A stretch of DNA of 50,473 bases, the filler included, from Sphacelaria rigidula (lineage: Eukaryota): the NCBI GenBank assembly GCA_964200075.2. It is 2 parts of 2 records of this genome, joined end to end, with 100 filler letters (N's around TTAATTAATTAA, not from the genome) between each part and the next. Parts side by side here need not be neighbours in the genome. Positions count along the whole stretch, not along the records: positions 1 to 25,197 come from CAXNAA020000175.1; positions 25,298 to 50,473 come from CAXNAA020000176.1. The stretch is one strand, 5' to 3'. Of the stretch, positions 23,489-36,349 are shown piece after piece. Numbering within the stretch: position 1 is the first letter of the stretch; each line of letters starts with the position of its first letter. Below the pieces are notes generated by a model. It did not search any database and was not told the origin of the DNA. It saw only the letters and a list, made by a program, of their open reading frames with translations. Position numbers and translations under genes: made by a program.

Positions 23489-25197
23489 CAACACCAACAC
23501 TGCGGACGAGAGAGCGTTCTATCGTCATTTTGTAAAGGACTTTGGTGGTGGTGGTGGTCGGTGGTGGTGATAATGATGCTACCTTATTTCCTTCTCTTTT
23601 GCGACAAATATTATGCGAAAGCGTTATCGGTTATTGTCCTTGGATCACGCACACGTGGCAGACCTCTACATCATCGTTGTGTGCGTTTAACCGAAGAAAC
23701 CAGGCTTGTTAGTTGGATGTGGATCAGAAGGAGTTTATGACTTGGTTGTAGGGAAAATTTTACTTGACTGTAGGGAATTGGTGGAGAATGGAGCCTGGCT
23801 TTCAAGATGGGCCGGGGGCGCCAGGAGGGACTTGTAGTCATGATCGAAATGATCCTCACGATTATGCGGGCTTTTCTATCCCTAATCCCTAATCTGTGTC
23901 CGAAGTAGTTGATTGGTGCGTGTGGTGCTAGGTGGTGTAGTCTCCGATCACAAGCAGGCTTCGGTGAAACCGAGGAGAGGGAAGAAAAGCAAGGCCATTG
24001 GGTAAATGGGGGAACTAAGGCAGGCGTTTCGGGGTTTCACACAGTATTTTATCGCTCGAGCGCGGTATATAGGAGGCGGATGTGAGTTGGAGTGCTTCCG
24101 GGCTGTCTAGCTGTGACCTTCCTGGTGAGAAGTGACTCATCTTCAACAGGGCACGTGCTTGCGGTGACTTGAATTGGTTCAAAGATCGCTGTCGTGTGTA
24201 GTTGTGTACCTGTAGTATGTGAAAAACTGTGTTTGCGTGAACAATATATTTTGTTCGTGGTGACCGTCGGGAGCATCATCTCCCAAGACGATGCACACAA
24301 GGCGCAGGCCACACGATGATGCGGTGATCAGTATCCGCACGGTTCCAAGCTGACATATACCCCCGTCATGGAGACGATGCCGCCCAGACTTCGGTTGGCG
24401 AGACACATTCTTGGCCACGAAAGAATATTCTTGTGCAATAGTGTGCACCTTCACAGCTTTGGTGCAGTGTCGTACGGTGATTGCGTAAGTGGTCGGCGTA
24501 CCAAACTTTTGCGAAAGCTCGACAGGGTAGTGGATTTATGTGTACAGGCGCGCACTTTTAGCGTGCGCTGATCGCACATAAAGCAGAGATCCCGTTTTGG
24601 TCAAGTTTTATCGGTTTCATTTTATTTCTCTGGAGGCGTCAGTATTCAGTTTTCCACGCCTATGCTCGATATGACGATGACAATGTACAAATTGCGTCAA
24701 GGTGCTGTTTTTTTTATTCGGTGGCGGTTCACTTCTAACCCAGCCAGCTCAAAAAAATGAAGTGAACCAATACCCTCTTGGTCGCTTCATCATAGTAACA
24801 GAAAGACGGTGTGTTTTTTCGCATGTGAGGTGGGGGGTGTGTTTTTGTCATCAACGCATGATATGTAATAAGTGAGATGTTTGGTTGATATATCCTGGGA
24901 AAAAAGGGCCGTTTGTCTTGCAGTGACACTCACACGACCCGAAGTGCAACCTGTGGGGCATTTATTCCATCATTTTTATGCACGTAGATCTCGGGGGACG
25001 ATTTGCATGCGAGGGCGAAAAAATATGCGAAAAAAATAGGTGAGAGTACGCCAGGGTTTTTCTTCCAATCTGCTAGGGATATCCCGAATGAATTTGCAAA
25101 CGGGGATATCCTGACCCATATTCTTGTGTAGTTCCTAATTTTAGGAACCCCTGAATCAGGCCGGTTTTGGCCCCAAAAGTGCAGACCCTATCGCAGC

Positions 25198-25297
25198 NNN
25201 NNNNNNNNNNNNNNNNNNNNNNNNNNNNNNNNNNNNNNNNNTTAATTAATTAANNNNNNNNNNNNNNNNNNNNNNNNNNNNNNNNNNNNNNNNNNNN
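25198..25297. other. Artificial contig-joining linker (44 N + TTAATTAATTAA + 44 N)
   Basis: Exactly 100 positions, symmetrical, with a central 12-mer that has stops in all six frames. Confidence 0.95.
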
Positions 25298-25298
25298 A

Positions 25299-25392
25299 AG
25301 GCTCGTGCCGGGGGGGAGAGGGGTTGACCCCTTGAGACCACGGACGCATCCCGAGGAAGGGCAAGGATTCCAAGTTTGAGGGGGGGGGGGGA
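25299..25392 (+). mobile_element. 3' part of SINE family B, cut by the gap
   Basis: GGGTTGACCCCTTGAGACCACGGACGCATCCCGAGGAAGGG matches 46790-46831 and the reverse complement of 40395-40445. Confidence 0.6.
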
Positions 25393-25499
25393 AATGGGTT
25401 CAACGAGATGACTCCACGAGAGCAATCGAAAGGATAACCACAGTGAGGACTACGTGCTACAGAAATGCATAACCCATAGCAAGACAAACGAGAGTTTAC

Positions 25500-25693
25500 C
25501 TGAGAGCCAAGCATGAGAGCGTTCATACGCTCGTTGTTGCGCTTGCTGACATCCGCCCCAGCAGCGACTAGGATGCGAACAACCTCCTCATTCCCTTCTT
25601 GCGTTGCACGCATAAGCGCTGTAGTTCCCTTTTGGTTCGCCTTATCAACGAGGGCGTGAGCCTTCACCAGAAGTTTCACGACTTCGGCATGCC
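25500..25693 (-). CDS. Ankyrin-repeat protein, internal exon C
   Basis: TAG|GG CAT GCC... encodes GHAEVVKLLVKAHALVDKANQKGTTALMRATQEGNEEVVRILVAAGADVSKRNNERMNALMLGSQ|GTAAAC (phase 1 to 0). Confidence 0.9.
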
Positions 25694-25858
25694 CTACGTT
25701 CCAGGGCAGGATGGACCGGGGTAAGCAGGGGATTGAGCGTGTTTTTCTCACGACCTCTTGTATAACCCTGTTTTGGCTAGACTTCTTTCAAGAGCATCAG
25801 AAACTTTTCAGCCTGTCCACTCAGCTTCGACGATAATTGCACTTGCACTTGCACTTAC

Positions 25859-25990
25859 CGAAATGAGACGCTTGGATAAGAGGCGTGGAGCCATTGTTGC
25901 TGTCTATGTTCACATCGGCATTGACAGCAATAAGCATCTTGACAATTTCTTCACGTCCCTTGTGCGACGCGACCGAGACCGAAGTAATCC
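25859..25990 (-). CDS. Ankyrin-repeat protein, internal exon B
   Basis: TTTCAG|GGATT... encodes ITSVSVASHKGREEIVKMLIAVNADVNIDSNNGSTPLIQASHF G|GTAAGT (132 nt, phase 1 to 1). Confidence 0.9.
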
Positions 25991-26282
25991 CTGAAACACG
26001 CCAAAGCAGACACGATTGAGACGGTGGAGAGTGAGCGGTAGTGTAAGCGTTGACATGGACCCCCACAGATGGTTCAACCTATTGCGTAGCATGTGATACA
26101 ATGGCACAAGACTGTGTCTCCCTCTGTTGCAATCAGTTTCTGGTGGCCATGTGCATTACAAGACATACCACGACGTTCCTGATGTGCAACCCGTGTATGC
26201 GGGATTGCACGTTGACGTCTTCTTGACAGTTCAACCGTTCGCTACGCCACATGATCGTACGACGAATGAATCGTGCCCCCAC

Positions 26283-26391
26283 CTTTGTGGTTTTGCCAGT
26301 TGACTTTCGTAGTTGATACCTCGAGAAGTGCGCGTACCGCCTCGTCATGGCCCGCTTTTGCAGCCACGTAAAGAGCAGTATCTCCATCGGT
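26283..26391 (-). CDS. Ankyrin-repeat protein, internal exon A
   Basis: TTTTCAG|ACC GAT... encodes TDGDTALYVAAKAGHDEAVRALLEVSTTKVNWQNHK G|GTGGGG. It splices in frame to exon B; upstream exons are not resolved. Confidence 0.85.
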
Positions 26392-29300
26392 CTGAAAAGT
26401 CCAAGTATGTACGCAGCAATAAGAACACGGGTTGTATATTACGAGGCGTATTACGTTGTACCAAGCTTAGCGCCGGGGCAATGGTGTGTACGGGCTGCCG
26501 AGCGGGTATTTATACCTCCACTCATCTTTTGCTTTGTTCAGATTCCACCTTTTGAAGGCCAGGGTAGGTCATCTGGACCATTTTTTTCTTGGGGACACAC
26601 CCTAGTGTACATACATGGGGTGTTTTCTCTTGTCATTTTTCTCCCAGTCGAAAAAATTAACCACATCGGCAGGGAACGGAGCGACAAAGCTCCACGCGCC
26701 TGCCGTGTACCGCACAGTAATACCAGTCAGGACAATGATCAGTAACCTGTCGCTTGCCCCAACACAACTTTAATAGTATGCAGCGTTCACCTATATTGTG
26801 TGCGTTCAATGCGCCGATCTTCGACACTTGTAGTCATGCTGCGGTGACGGTGGCGAAATGAATACGATTCTCGACACATCACACACTGTACAATCGTATT
26901 ATACTGTGCTGCAGAGTGGGTGGAGAACATCTATTTATAGATTGTCCGACACTTCTCACACGACAGCCATCATGTAGCCGCTTGTGCTGCTGCTGCCATA
27001 TGCAGCACAGGACTGCCACCTACTGCAATCCAGCAGTAAGTTTTGGCATACTGACGACTACGGGCTGCGTTTCTAGGTCGTCGTGTGCAGGCAATCGTAC
27101 ATGCAATCTTCTGGAGAGGTTGTTCTGAGAAATGTTACCCGAACAGGTTCTGGGTCAAAAACTGCCCGGAAAATTGTTGATCCTTTCGTTCACCAAGTTC
27201 AAGTAATTAAACCTCATAACGACCTGACTTAGAGATTGAAGCCTCGTCAGATTACACACCAGTGTCATTACGCAGTGGCATATTTTCATCATCGGTATTG
27301 GATGTGAGTATTGATGACGCACCACTATTAGTTGGTTTTGCGAGATGCTCACTTAATCTGTCAACGATCATCAGGCACTAGGTTCTTGGAAATTAGATAG
27401 CTCCGGCTCCTACACATTGTTTGAACGGTGCGCTCATACTTCATCGCCACGTGCGGAACCACGGCCATAACTGTACCCTGACGTGCCAAGTCTTTCCTGA
27501 CTGTCCTTGTCTCTGTTGCTTGATCGAATGTTCATTATTAGCGAAGAATCTACTCAGGGTGTGTCTTGGCACATTTTTTTCCATCGAAAAAGTGCGGTGA
27601 AACATAAATTTTTCGATCCAAGATGTCGAACACATTTCTGTTCCTAGCTGGCTTCCACTATTATTCTAATTAATGGCGCGCAGACAAGGAGTGAAAAACA
27701 ATAAAGTCAAGCTTTTTGGGTCGCACGGAGGGGCACTTGACTTTTATCTTTTAGACCACCACGCCAGGTACCACCTGTTCAAAAGACCATGCAAACTCCA
27801 TGCAATTCATTCTCAGCTACCAATCGTGCGGCATAGAGCACGAGCTGAGCACAGGGATAGATACACTACAGTAGTTGGGTATGCTTTGTTTGATCTTTCA
27901 TTGGCGGAAACTTGAGTATCTTCCGTCATGGTAGGTATCAGCGAGGGAACTGCGTTGTAGGGTGGGCAACCGAGTTGCGTACACGCTCACGGAGAGTGCA
28001 AGGAGTACAAAGCTGCACGTTGTCCAAGTCATTTTCACGTCGAATCGTAAGCAGAGAGCAGATACTCGTAGTCCTGCGCTATCTACACTGCACGTTGGCC
28101 GCTTATCTTCTACATCCTACAGTACGAGGCACGCACAAACGCACTCAAGACACTGCATGAAAACAGTGCAGACAGTACAGACTGTCTGGCTCAGACAGAC
28201 AAGCGACCGTGTACTGTTTCACGAATTTTACTGTCATTTTTCTATCGAAAGCTTGAAAATCCGCTTGGACCCAACTCCAGCATATTGATTTCGACGAGGT
28301 TAATTCTACCGCCCCTTTTTTCGATCGAAATAGAATGTGCCGAAACACGCCCGTGGGAAATGAGCACTTTTCCCTGCACTGTATCCATGGAAGGGAATGC
28401 CTTCAAAGTGCCAGAAGAACTTGAAAAATAGCGGATCGGATCCTCGCCCTTCACACATGTTTTCGCAGATCAAGCCCGCATCATCCAGTAATAAGCATGA
28501 GCAGTACATCAGTTTCTCAGTAAAGTGCGTCACGTTAGTGCTGTGGACCTTAGCACAGTCACGTGATGCACAATCACGAAACCCCTTTCCGTACTGTACT
28601 TGCGTAATCTTAGGCAGGAACAAGCACACAAGCAAAACGCGCGCCACTCCTCGAATCGAAACGGGCCCCAAGCATGCTCTACTATGTACCTCGCGGCCTC
28701 TCAGGACGTACATGATCTACAAAAGCTTGTGTGCTCATTCACACACCCAATACCACGAGTCAAGCCAACAAACAGCGAATCTTGTCTTGACGATGGATGT
28801 CTTGTGTTGATCAAATGATACCCTTCCTGGAAGTCATGTGGTTATTTGCACGTCAACCCTCGCTCACGGATATTGGTGTCTGGTCTGATGGCGAGTACTA
28901 TAATAGGCGATGCTTACCCCGTCTTGCATGAATCTGTTGTGATTCCGTTTGTCAATTGCATCGTCCACATAGATTGACGACTTGTCGATGGTACAACCAA
29001 GCGATGTGAGTAAAGTCAAGACATGTCTGGATAACAGTAGCTGCTCGTCATCCCGAGGTTTCATTGAACATTGTCAAAAGCTGCAGCACTGAGGTAGGTA
29101 CCACGACAAGCCAAGCATCACTAGCAGTACAGGCCCACTTGTAAATTGTGTCCACTGCTACTTTGTACAGTATGCCAAGCTGCTCCAGTATTTTCGTGCG
29201 GAAATTGGCAAGTACACTTGACATCTTCGAGGTGCATGCACAAGAGGTACTCAGAGTAGCAGCATCGGGTGCTATTTTCAGCTAATGAGGGGGCGTGCGC

Positions 29301-30402
29301 GGGTCCAAAGATGACGCGTTTTGACGGAAATATGGCAGAAACATGTGAAGAAAAACGAAGGAAATAAAATCATATCTGCATGAAAAACAACTAGAATTCG
29401 TCACTGTGCGGATGTTCAGTACCGGAGCGGCCAATCCTTGACCGCGACCCCGCCGTCGATCACCCGAGATCTCCTGTTGTCATTTTGGCCTCGAACTATT
29501 GCTTTTCAAATGATAGCACGCCTTTCTACATGAACGTATGGACGTTGAAGTTCACACAGGAATTGATCCCGGGAGAACTCTTGCCTGCCGTTGAACCAAG
29601 TTAGGTGGGCATGTTCGCGAAAACCCCCGCTCGTCGGGTACCTATTTCCAACACATATACGCTGGCTGTCACGTCTGGTACAGTATGACATTCGCGAACA
29701 ACATACGTTCTGCGCTCGCTTTCGCAGTTGTGACGTTCCAATTCAGATTACATCGTCTCAACAGCGGTCAATGACCGTCGTGCAAATTGATCAGTGTCAT
29801 CGCTGTTCACTGCACAGTCTACGCTGTTTACCTCTGCAGCGTATTCGAAGTGCTGCTACCTCGACAACGTGAGAGAGCACAATCAGATCTCAGAACTGAC
29901 GTCGGTTAACGTGTTGAGAATACAGTACTCACGGCTTGAACGGGGCGTTTCTTGTTATTTTTTCGTTGTTGGTGATCTCCAAAGGTTTCTTTTATGTGCC
30001 ACCGCTCGTAACAGTAAACGTTTGACCCCAAAGTCTAGGGATCGGGAGCTAATGGCATCCGCTCCGCATTCCGACAAGAAAAATGATTTCTGCATTCATT
30101 ATTGAATAACAGAAGGGCTGGCTGGTCCTCGGGGGTCCTGCAACTACACAGCCCCAGCTTTTGACTCTTCGTTACTCCTGCTCGATTGCATCAATCCCGA
30201 TCGCTATCGTGAAGTTCACTTCTAGCCTCGAATTTCTACCTTTTCATTTCGCTAGAGGCGAAAACTGTGTTTTCTTCACCAGTGACGGCCAAAAAAAACC
30301 CGTGAAAAACGAGGTCTTTACTCCGCATCATCCCGACCTCAACAACTCTGGGATTGTGCCCTACACGCGACGTGCTTCTTTTCCCAATATTTATCGACTC
30401 TA

Positions 30403-31629
30403 CAAGCTGGTTAAGATTGAACGCACAAAATTTTGACCGCGGGAATTCCTCACGCCGGTTTTTCGAGTTAGACCACGACATTTTGCACACATGTTCTGGA
30501 AGGCAGTATCTGAAAGTCGAAGAGGGTTTCTTCTTTATTTGGGGCTTCGCTGTCGAGATAGCCGGGGTCTGACCCCCCCCACCGCCCGCCGCGGTGAAAA
30601 AAAATAGTAAAAAACAGAAATAGGGACAGAAAAGCCGTTTTTGGGGNNNNNNNNNNAAAACTAAGAAGGGTTTTTTCTTTATTTGGGAATTCGCTGTGGA
30701 GATAGCCGGGGTTTAAACACATCCCCCCCCCCAAGACAAAAAATTAAAAAAAAAAACTCTTAGACTTTTAGATAGTGACGTCCAGAACATGTGTGCAAGC
30801 TTTCCTGGTCTAGCTCGAAAAACGGCGTGAGGAAATGCCAAAACGTGCGCTGAAGTAAAAAAAGTTAGTAATTACTGGATTCAGGTACAGAATCGCCGTT
30901 TTGGGGGTTGTTTCCAAGGTAAAAGACCCAGCCGATTCAGTTTTTCGGGTTGAGCAACGAAAATTGGTACACATGTTCCTTCGTACACCACCTAACACTA
31001 AGATATCAAAAATTTGGTGTTGGGGCATTCTGTACCGGTTTCCTGGGGTCTGTGCTGGGACCCCCGGAAGCCGGTAGAGAACGGAGAAACTTTGAAATCT
31101 TGCCAAGAATACAATTTTTCCATTTGGAGCATCAATACCTACGGAACTGCCAAGTTTGAGGATGATCTGAGCTTTTCTTCAACAGATGAAAGGGACACCG
31201 TCTCGAGGCTCCGTGGGTCTTTCGTACGTATCATGAGTGGAAATCAAACGACAACAAAGCTCCACATCACCGAAACATTACGGTTTGGGGCAAAATTCGA
31301 CCCCGTTGGAACCGTTTTCAACTCTGTTTCTCCCGTTAGATTCCCAAGCTGATGACGGTTAACACGATTTGAACCATGTGGAGAATCCGTGGAAATTGGG
31401 CTTGGAATTCATGTTTTCAATTTCGGAATAATTTGAAAGGCGCTGATTGGTCGAGACATGTTTTTGTCCATAGCGCCACCGCTATACCCTTGAACAAAAA
31501 TCCGGCTATGTCACCCTTCTTGTCTGTTCATTGCGGTCAGTATGATACCACATTTGTGCATATTGGCTGGGTATTGCGTTCGTCATTAGCCGGGGTCAAA
31601 ATTTTGTGCGTTCAATCTGAACCAGCTTG
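30403..31629. mobile_element. TA-duplicating (Tc1/mariner-type signature) non-autonomous element, ~40-bp TIRs
   Basis: TA|CAAGCTGGTTAAGATTGAACGCACAAAATTTTGACC ... GGTCAAAATTTTGTGCGTTCAATCTGAACCAGCTTG|TA. The host arm resumes after it. It has an internal IR at 30446-30530/30750-30834 and a 10-N gap. Confidence 0.8.
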
Positions 31630-31648
31630 TAGTCCTTCCAAGTGCTGA

Positions 31649-31899
31649 GGAAGAATATCATGCGAGAAAAAGAAAAATGTTCGACTACGGAAATTGCCCA
31701 AACGTGTTGCGTATAGTACAGGGAGACGGACCGATCCCGATCGTTGTCGTGAATAATTTTACCCCAAGTTTTCTCATTCTTATCTACTCATCACACTGGA
31801 GCCGTAACGAAAGTTGTTTTCGACCACAATGGCCACTTACACCCCCGGTCAATTTTCGGAGTTGGGGCATTTTTTCAATCTCTCGCATGGTATCTTTCC
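31649..31899. mobile_element. Harbinger/Tourist-like module 1
   Basis: TGA|GGAAGAATATCATGCGAGA ... TCTCGCATGGTATCTTTCC|TTA, with ~55-bp imperfect TIRs. Confidence 0.6.
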
Positions 31900-31902
31900 T
31901 TA

Positions 31903-32384
31903 GGCCGGATATTATGGCACACAGAATTTTGGCCAATGGATTGCTCACTTTTGGGACGTTTGAGCCACTCCTTGACCCCCAAACAGGGAAAATCGCCAAC
32001 ACACGTCTTGGACACTTTGCATCACTCCACAGAGAGGAGCTTGGCCCACTTTTCAGATTCGCTTGGCTCCAAGGTCTCGAGAGCGGTCGCTGAACAATAA
32101 TTCGTGTCCAATAAAATCTACGGCGATCTCCACATGTTTTTGGGCAAACTGGTGCGGGTCGGCAAGCACAGATTTTCGCACACGAATTTTTGTTCAGCGG
32201 CCAATCTCGAAACCTTGGAGCCAAGCGAATCTGAAGAGCAGGCTAGGCTCCTCACTGTGGGATGATGCAAAGTGTCCAAGACGTGTGTTGGCGATTCTCC
32301 CTGTTTGGGGGTCAAAAAGTAGCTCAAACGTCCGAAAAGTAAACAATCCGTGGGCCAAAATTCTGTTTGCCACAATATCCGGCC
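31903..32384. mobile_element. Harbinger/Tourist-like module 2: 482-bp near-palindrome with ~215-bp arms
   Basis: TTA|GGCCGGATATT ... AATATCCGGCC|TCA. Arms 31903-32120 and 32169-32384 share, for example, AATCGCCAACACACGTCTTGGACACTTTGCATCA exactly. Confidence 0.85.
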
Positions 32385-33651
32385 TCAGCACTTGTAAGAA
32401 GCAGAGTCGATAGATGTTGGGGAAAAAAAGCAAGTCGTGTTTAGGACACAACCAACGACTTGGTGGTGTCGGGGTGATTCGGAGTACAAACCTCGTTCAT
32501 CACGGGATGTCATTGGCCGTCACTGATGAAGAAAACACAGCTTTTGGCTCTAGCGCGATGAATAGGTAAAAATTCGGAACGAAAAATTGAACTTCAAGAG
32601 GATTATCGGAATTGATCCAGTCGAGCACAAAAAATCGAAGAGTCAGAACCTGGGGCTGTATACTGTACTTGAAGGACCCCCGAGGACCGGCTAGTACTCA
32701 AGTCATTCAATATCGAGTGTGGCGATTATTTTTTTTCGGGAGGTGAAGTGGATGGGAGTAGCTCCAGATCTCCAGACTTTGGGGTCAATAGTTCTCTGTA
32801 ATGAGCGGTGCCACGCGAAAAAACTTTTCAAGATTGCCAAAAACGAAAAAATTACGAAAGTCGCCTCGTTCAACCGGTAGGCGTTGTGTGTTACTGGATT
32901 CTGAGAAATGATGTACACTGTTGTCGAGGGACTGGGGAGTTGATTGCACGAAGAAGGGGGTTATGAGTATTACACCTCACACAGTCCCCATGGACTTGCA
33001 TGTAAATGAAGACGTTTTCAATTGGTTTGTGGACGACATTGGCACCAACACCATTCAACTAGATAGTTCTGTTTGTAGCGAGGTTTCAAACAGAACTTTT
33101 GTAGGATCTTCCTGGGTACGAGTGAGCGCAAGTAAAAAAAATCGGATTGACGTGGTGAACGGAAAACCGAGAGAGGCGATGAGTTTTAAGGTCATCTGAG
33201 AACTACACCACACACGATGATTAGTGTGGACATGAATCACCTAGTGAGTTGTTCATGGACGTTGGGTTCACTCCTGCCGGGGTTGCTAACAGTTGCCTTA
33301 GATACTGTTTTTATTGTGGTCGTCGCTCAAAGTATAGACGTGTCCGAAAGGGAAAAAAAAGCGTGACTTGTCGCCGAGACTGAAAGAAGTGACACCACCT
33401 ACCTAGAGCGGACATGAAAAAAGGACAGTCACCACGGGAAAAGTCAAGAAAGGAAATCAATGAGGCTCTAGCCTGCACCTGTCGAATGCTTTGCGCGTGT
33501 ACATCAGTAACCGCAGATAGTCCAAACACCAGGGAGCTGACACCTTCACAAGTGTAACCGCTGTCAACTTCGGCACCAGATACTTTGTTCAAGTGAGAAT
33601 GTTGGGCGGACTGCATGAAAGTTGACGGCAATTTTTCTCAAAAGTATAAGC

Positions 33652-33771
33652 TGAACCCTTACATCACTGGAGGTGTTCCATTTGTGGAGGCGTCATGCAT
33701 CACTTACACTTGAAGGACTGAAAATGATGCCGATTTCACAAATGGGCCACCTACAGTGGTCAACAGGTTCA
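33652..33771. mobile_element. Degenerate ~120-bp hairpin MITE related to 15290-15407
   Basis: It shares the core ACTTGAAG..GACTGAAAATGATGCCGATT and has self-complementary arms with TGAACC...GGTTCA ends. Confidence 0.5.
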
Positions 33772-34827
33772 AGCAGCTGGAGGTGTGCAAGTCGACCGTT
33801 CTACGGTATTTCAGTTTGTGGCCGACTCACCAACAACTGAGCACATCGTAGATTGACTCACGGCAAACTACAGCTCGGCCGTAGGGCGCAGTGTGACCCG
33901 CTTTTAACGTGTGAGCAATACGTAAATAGAGGGTATTGTTTTTGGTTGCTGGTAAATTTGCCCATATGCTTCGTTTTGTCGTGCGAAATATACCTTGATC
34001 CAACCCCGGCAACACGAACGGAGTGCCAATAGAGAAAAGCTCAAGGGTTTCGCCGCCGGCCTTGCCGTCCAAAAAGCCGAATGAAACACCCCCCGTAGGA
34101 CATTCCGCACATATACCGCTACAGATTTGGCGCCAGTCTATCCATGGGCCAACGGAATGATGACCTTGTGAAGCTTCAAGCATGTTGAGAGTTTCCTCGG
34201 GAGTGGGATGGAGAAGCGTCACGGCTGTCCCCCCCACCCCACCCCACCCCTTGATTTGGTACAAGTTGTGCTGACCCGCAGCTGCTCGTGCTCTCGAATA
34301 TTCTAGTATGGCTCGAGCTGTAAAAAATGTAATGCCATCTTTCCAGGTGCTCTGCAGGGCGCTACCGCACTTCAACCATTTCGAGCAAGGGCAGCGAGAT
34401 CAGGGCCGGTGGTCGACGGACAATCCGCTCACAACTAGGAACTGGTTTAGGTCCCGGCAAACCTATCGTGAACCGGGATACAACCGATTATAGACGCGAA
34501 TGTCTTCCGTTGAGAGGTGCTCGCGTCAGCAATAACGTCGCCGACGCGTCCGTTGTCGCCAAGCTCTCGCGGCTCTTGAACGTCTCGACTGGAAAACGAC
34601 AACTAAAGACGGAGTTATGGTAGAATCGAGTCTACCTTGATCGAGAATAACTAAAGTGACTTATCAAAAATACCATAGAAGTTTATATCGCCATCACCTC
34701 GTGTCACCGGAGATACGCCAATGTGCTGCGCTATCTCTTTTCGGAGCTAGTTTATCCACCGCGTCTGTTTTCTGGGAGAGATACGAGTAAAAATGCAATA
34801 TATATATATATATATGTATATATACAG

Positions 34828-35381
34828 TCGTCCGCATGCAAACCAGGCAAATTTCGTAATCGGGTATTTTCGGCGATTTTTCGCGTGTCACCGCTTATCA
34901 CAGAAAACCTTTGATCCCCAGGTTTGGGGATTGGAGGATACAAGCATCCGCTCCACATTCCGAAAAAAATATATTTGTGCACTCAATATTGAACGGCTTA
35001 CGGAGTGACCGGTTTACGGGGGTCCTGTGTGTGTGTGTGGAGAGTCTCAGGTACTGGCTCTCAGTATTTTAGCTCGATTGAAGCAATTCCGATCGTTTTG
35101 CTGGACTAAACTCTTGTTTCGAATTTGTACCTGTTTATTGCGCTAGAGCCGAGAAAATGTATTTTTCAGTGTCCAATAACGGTCGATAACACCCTCCCGA
35201 TAATCCATCTCCTACTCCGTATCATCTCGGCAACACCGCCTTGGCGATTGTGTCCTGAGCACATGTTTTCCTCCTCAGTATCCACCGAGGCGTGCACTTC
35301 CGAGTGGTGGGGAAGAATTACATACAAAAAAAAAAGTCCACGTAAGAAATTCGCAAGTATTCGCCAGTTGGCATGCGGACT
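34828..35381 (+). mobile_element. Long 'arm' repeat, copy 5, enclosed by short inverted repeats GTCCGCATGC/GCATGCGGAC
   Basis: 34850-35309 aligns with the other arms (GGGATTGGAG, CATCCGCTCCACATTCCG, GGGGGTCCTG, GCGCTAGAGCC) and continues into GGAAGAAT at ~35310. Confidence 0.6.
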
Positions 35382-36349
35382 AGCTCCCTTAGTTCCGCTA
35401 CCTGGCACTAAAATTATGTGCTTTGAATATATATGAACCTCGACGTGTTGTCCACCTTATACTCGAAGAAATTGACTTGATGATCCAACATCCAAGCCAA
35501 GTAGTTGTTAACCCCTACTGGCTGTGAACGATTTAGACTCGTTACTGTCAAGTTATCCAGTAGTGGCCAGTACATCCCCCCCCCCTTCCCCCCCCCCCCC
35601 CCCCCCCCCCCCCCCCACACCCTTACTTCCCCCCCGCCAGCGCGGACTCTTGATGTAAGATAATAATCCGCACAAAATAAATGGTTATGCTTACTGTCTG
35701 TACTGGACTAGCCTGTGACCACGGAAGGCGTCCGAATCAGATGCCCAGTACGAATGTACCGCGCAGATATCGGAACGGTTTTTAATGTGAAAACAACAGC
35801 AACAACTATCTGTACTAGACCAGACTGGTGTTGCTAAGGATGGGAGAAAGCAGAAACCCAAATCAGAAGGTGGGGCCCGTACATTCAATAGCACGGCACC
35901 GCACACGGTACGGCCAGGCATACCGCCATGGCGTGCGCAGAAATGCCACCACTCCTTGTGCATACGAGAGCTCAGCATGCTTACACGGATACTGCACAGA
36001 ACAAAGGGCGCACAAGTGTACAGGAGCTTTGGCGTTGAGTGGCCGATACGTTTCGAAGCGAAACGGCCGTGTACAGCACGACAAACTTTTGAATTTGACC
36101 TCAACTCAAGTGCGGCCAGCCGGGCTGTACTGTACTTCTGCGCCCTCTGTATCGCTCATTGTGCTGTACTGTACTATACTCCGTTGTATGTCCTGTGCTG
36201 TCACGTACACTCAATGTTCCGATAGCACTTGTACTTCGTCAGTGGTGTAACACTCAACACCCAACAGGATGGAAAGAAAAAGATGAGGAGGCGTTGACTT
36301 TGCACACTACAGCGAGCAGTAGACACGCAAAAACAACGGGGGTCATCGC

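Larger units (their letters stand above)
29932..32878. mobile_element. Composite II: fold-back element with ~490-bp inverted arms and three nested modules
   Basis: The left arm (29932-30402 plus 31632-31648) is the reverse complement of the right arm (32385-32878). The ends are CGGCTTGAACGGGGCG and CGCCTCGTTCAACCG. Confidence 0.8.

Noticed and set aside
24179..24454. Next ankyrin exon (LGTVRILITA)
   Set aside because: It does not continue the ankyrin consensus after LGSQ, and it lies across an artificial contig join.
25242..25253. TTAATTAATTAA as a biological motif
   Set aside because: It is centred in a symmetric N run and is an assembly linker.
30523..30732. Direct repeat flanking the 10-N gap
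   Set aside because: It straddles a gap with homopolymer runs and may be partly an assembly artefact, so it was not interpreted.
31677..32451. Pairs of near-identical ORFs on opposite strands
   Set aside because: They are a by-product of the DNA palindrome at 31903-32384, and no protein family is recognisable.
34040..34090. FLDGKAGGET as a Helitron/PIF1 Walker A motif
   Set aside because: It lacks the GKT lysine and the correct spacing, and no other helicase motifs follow.
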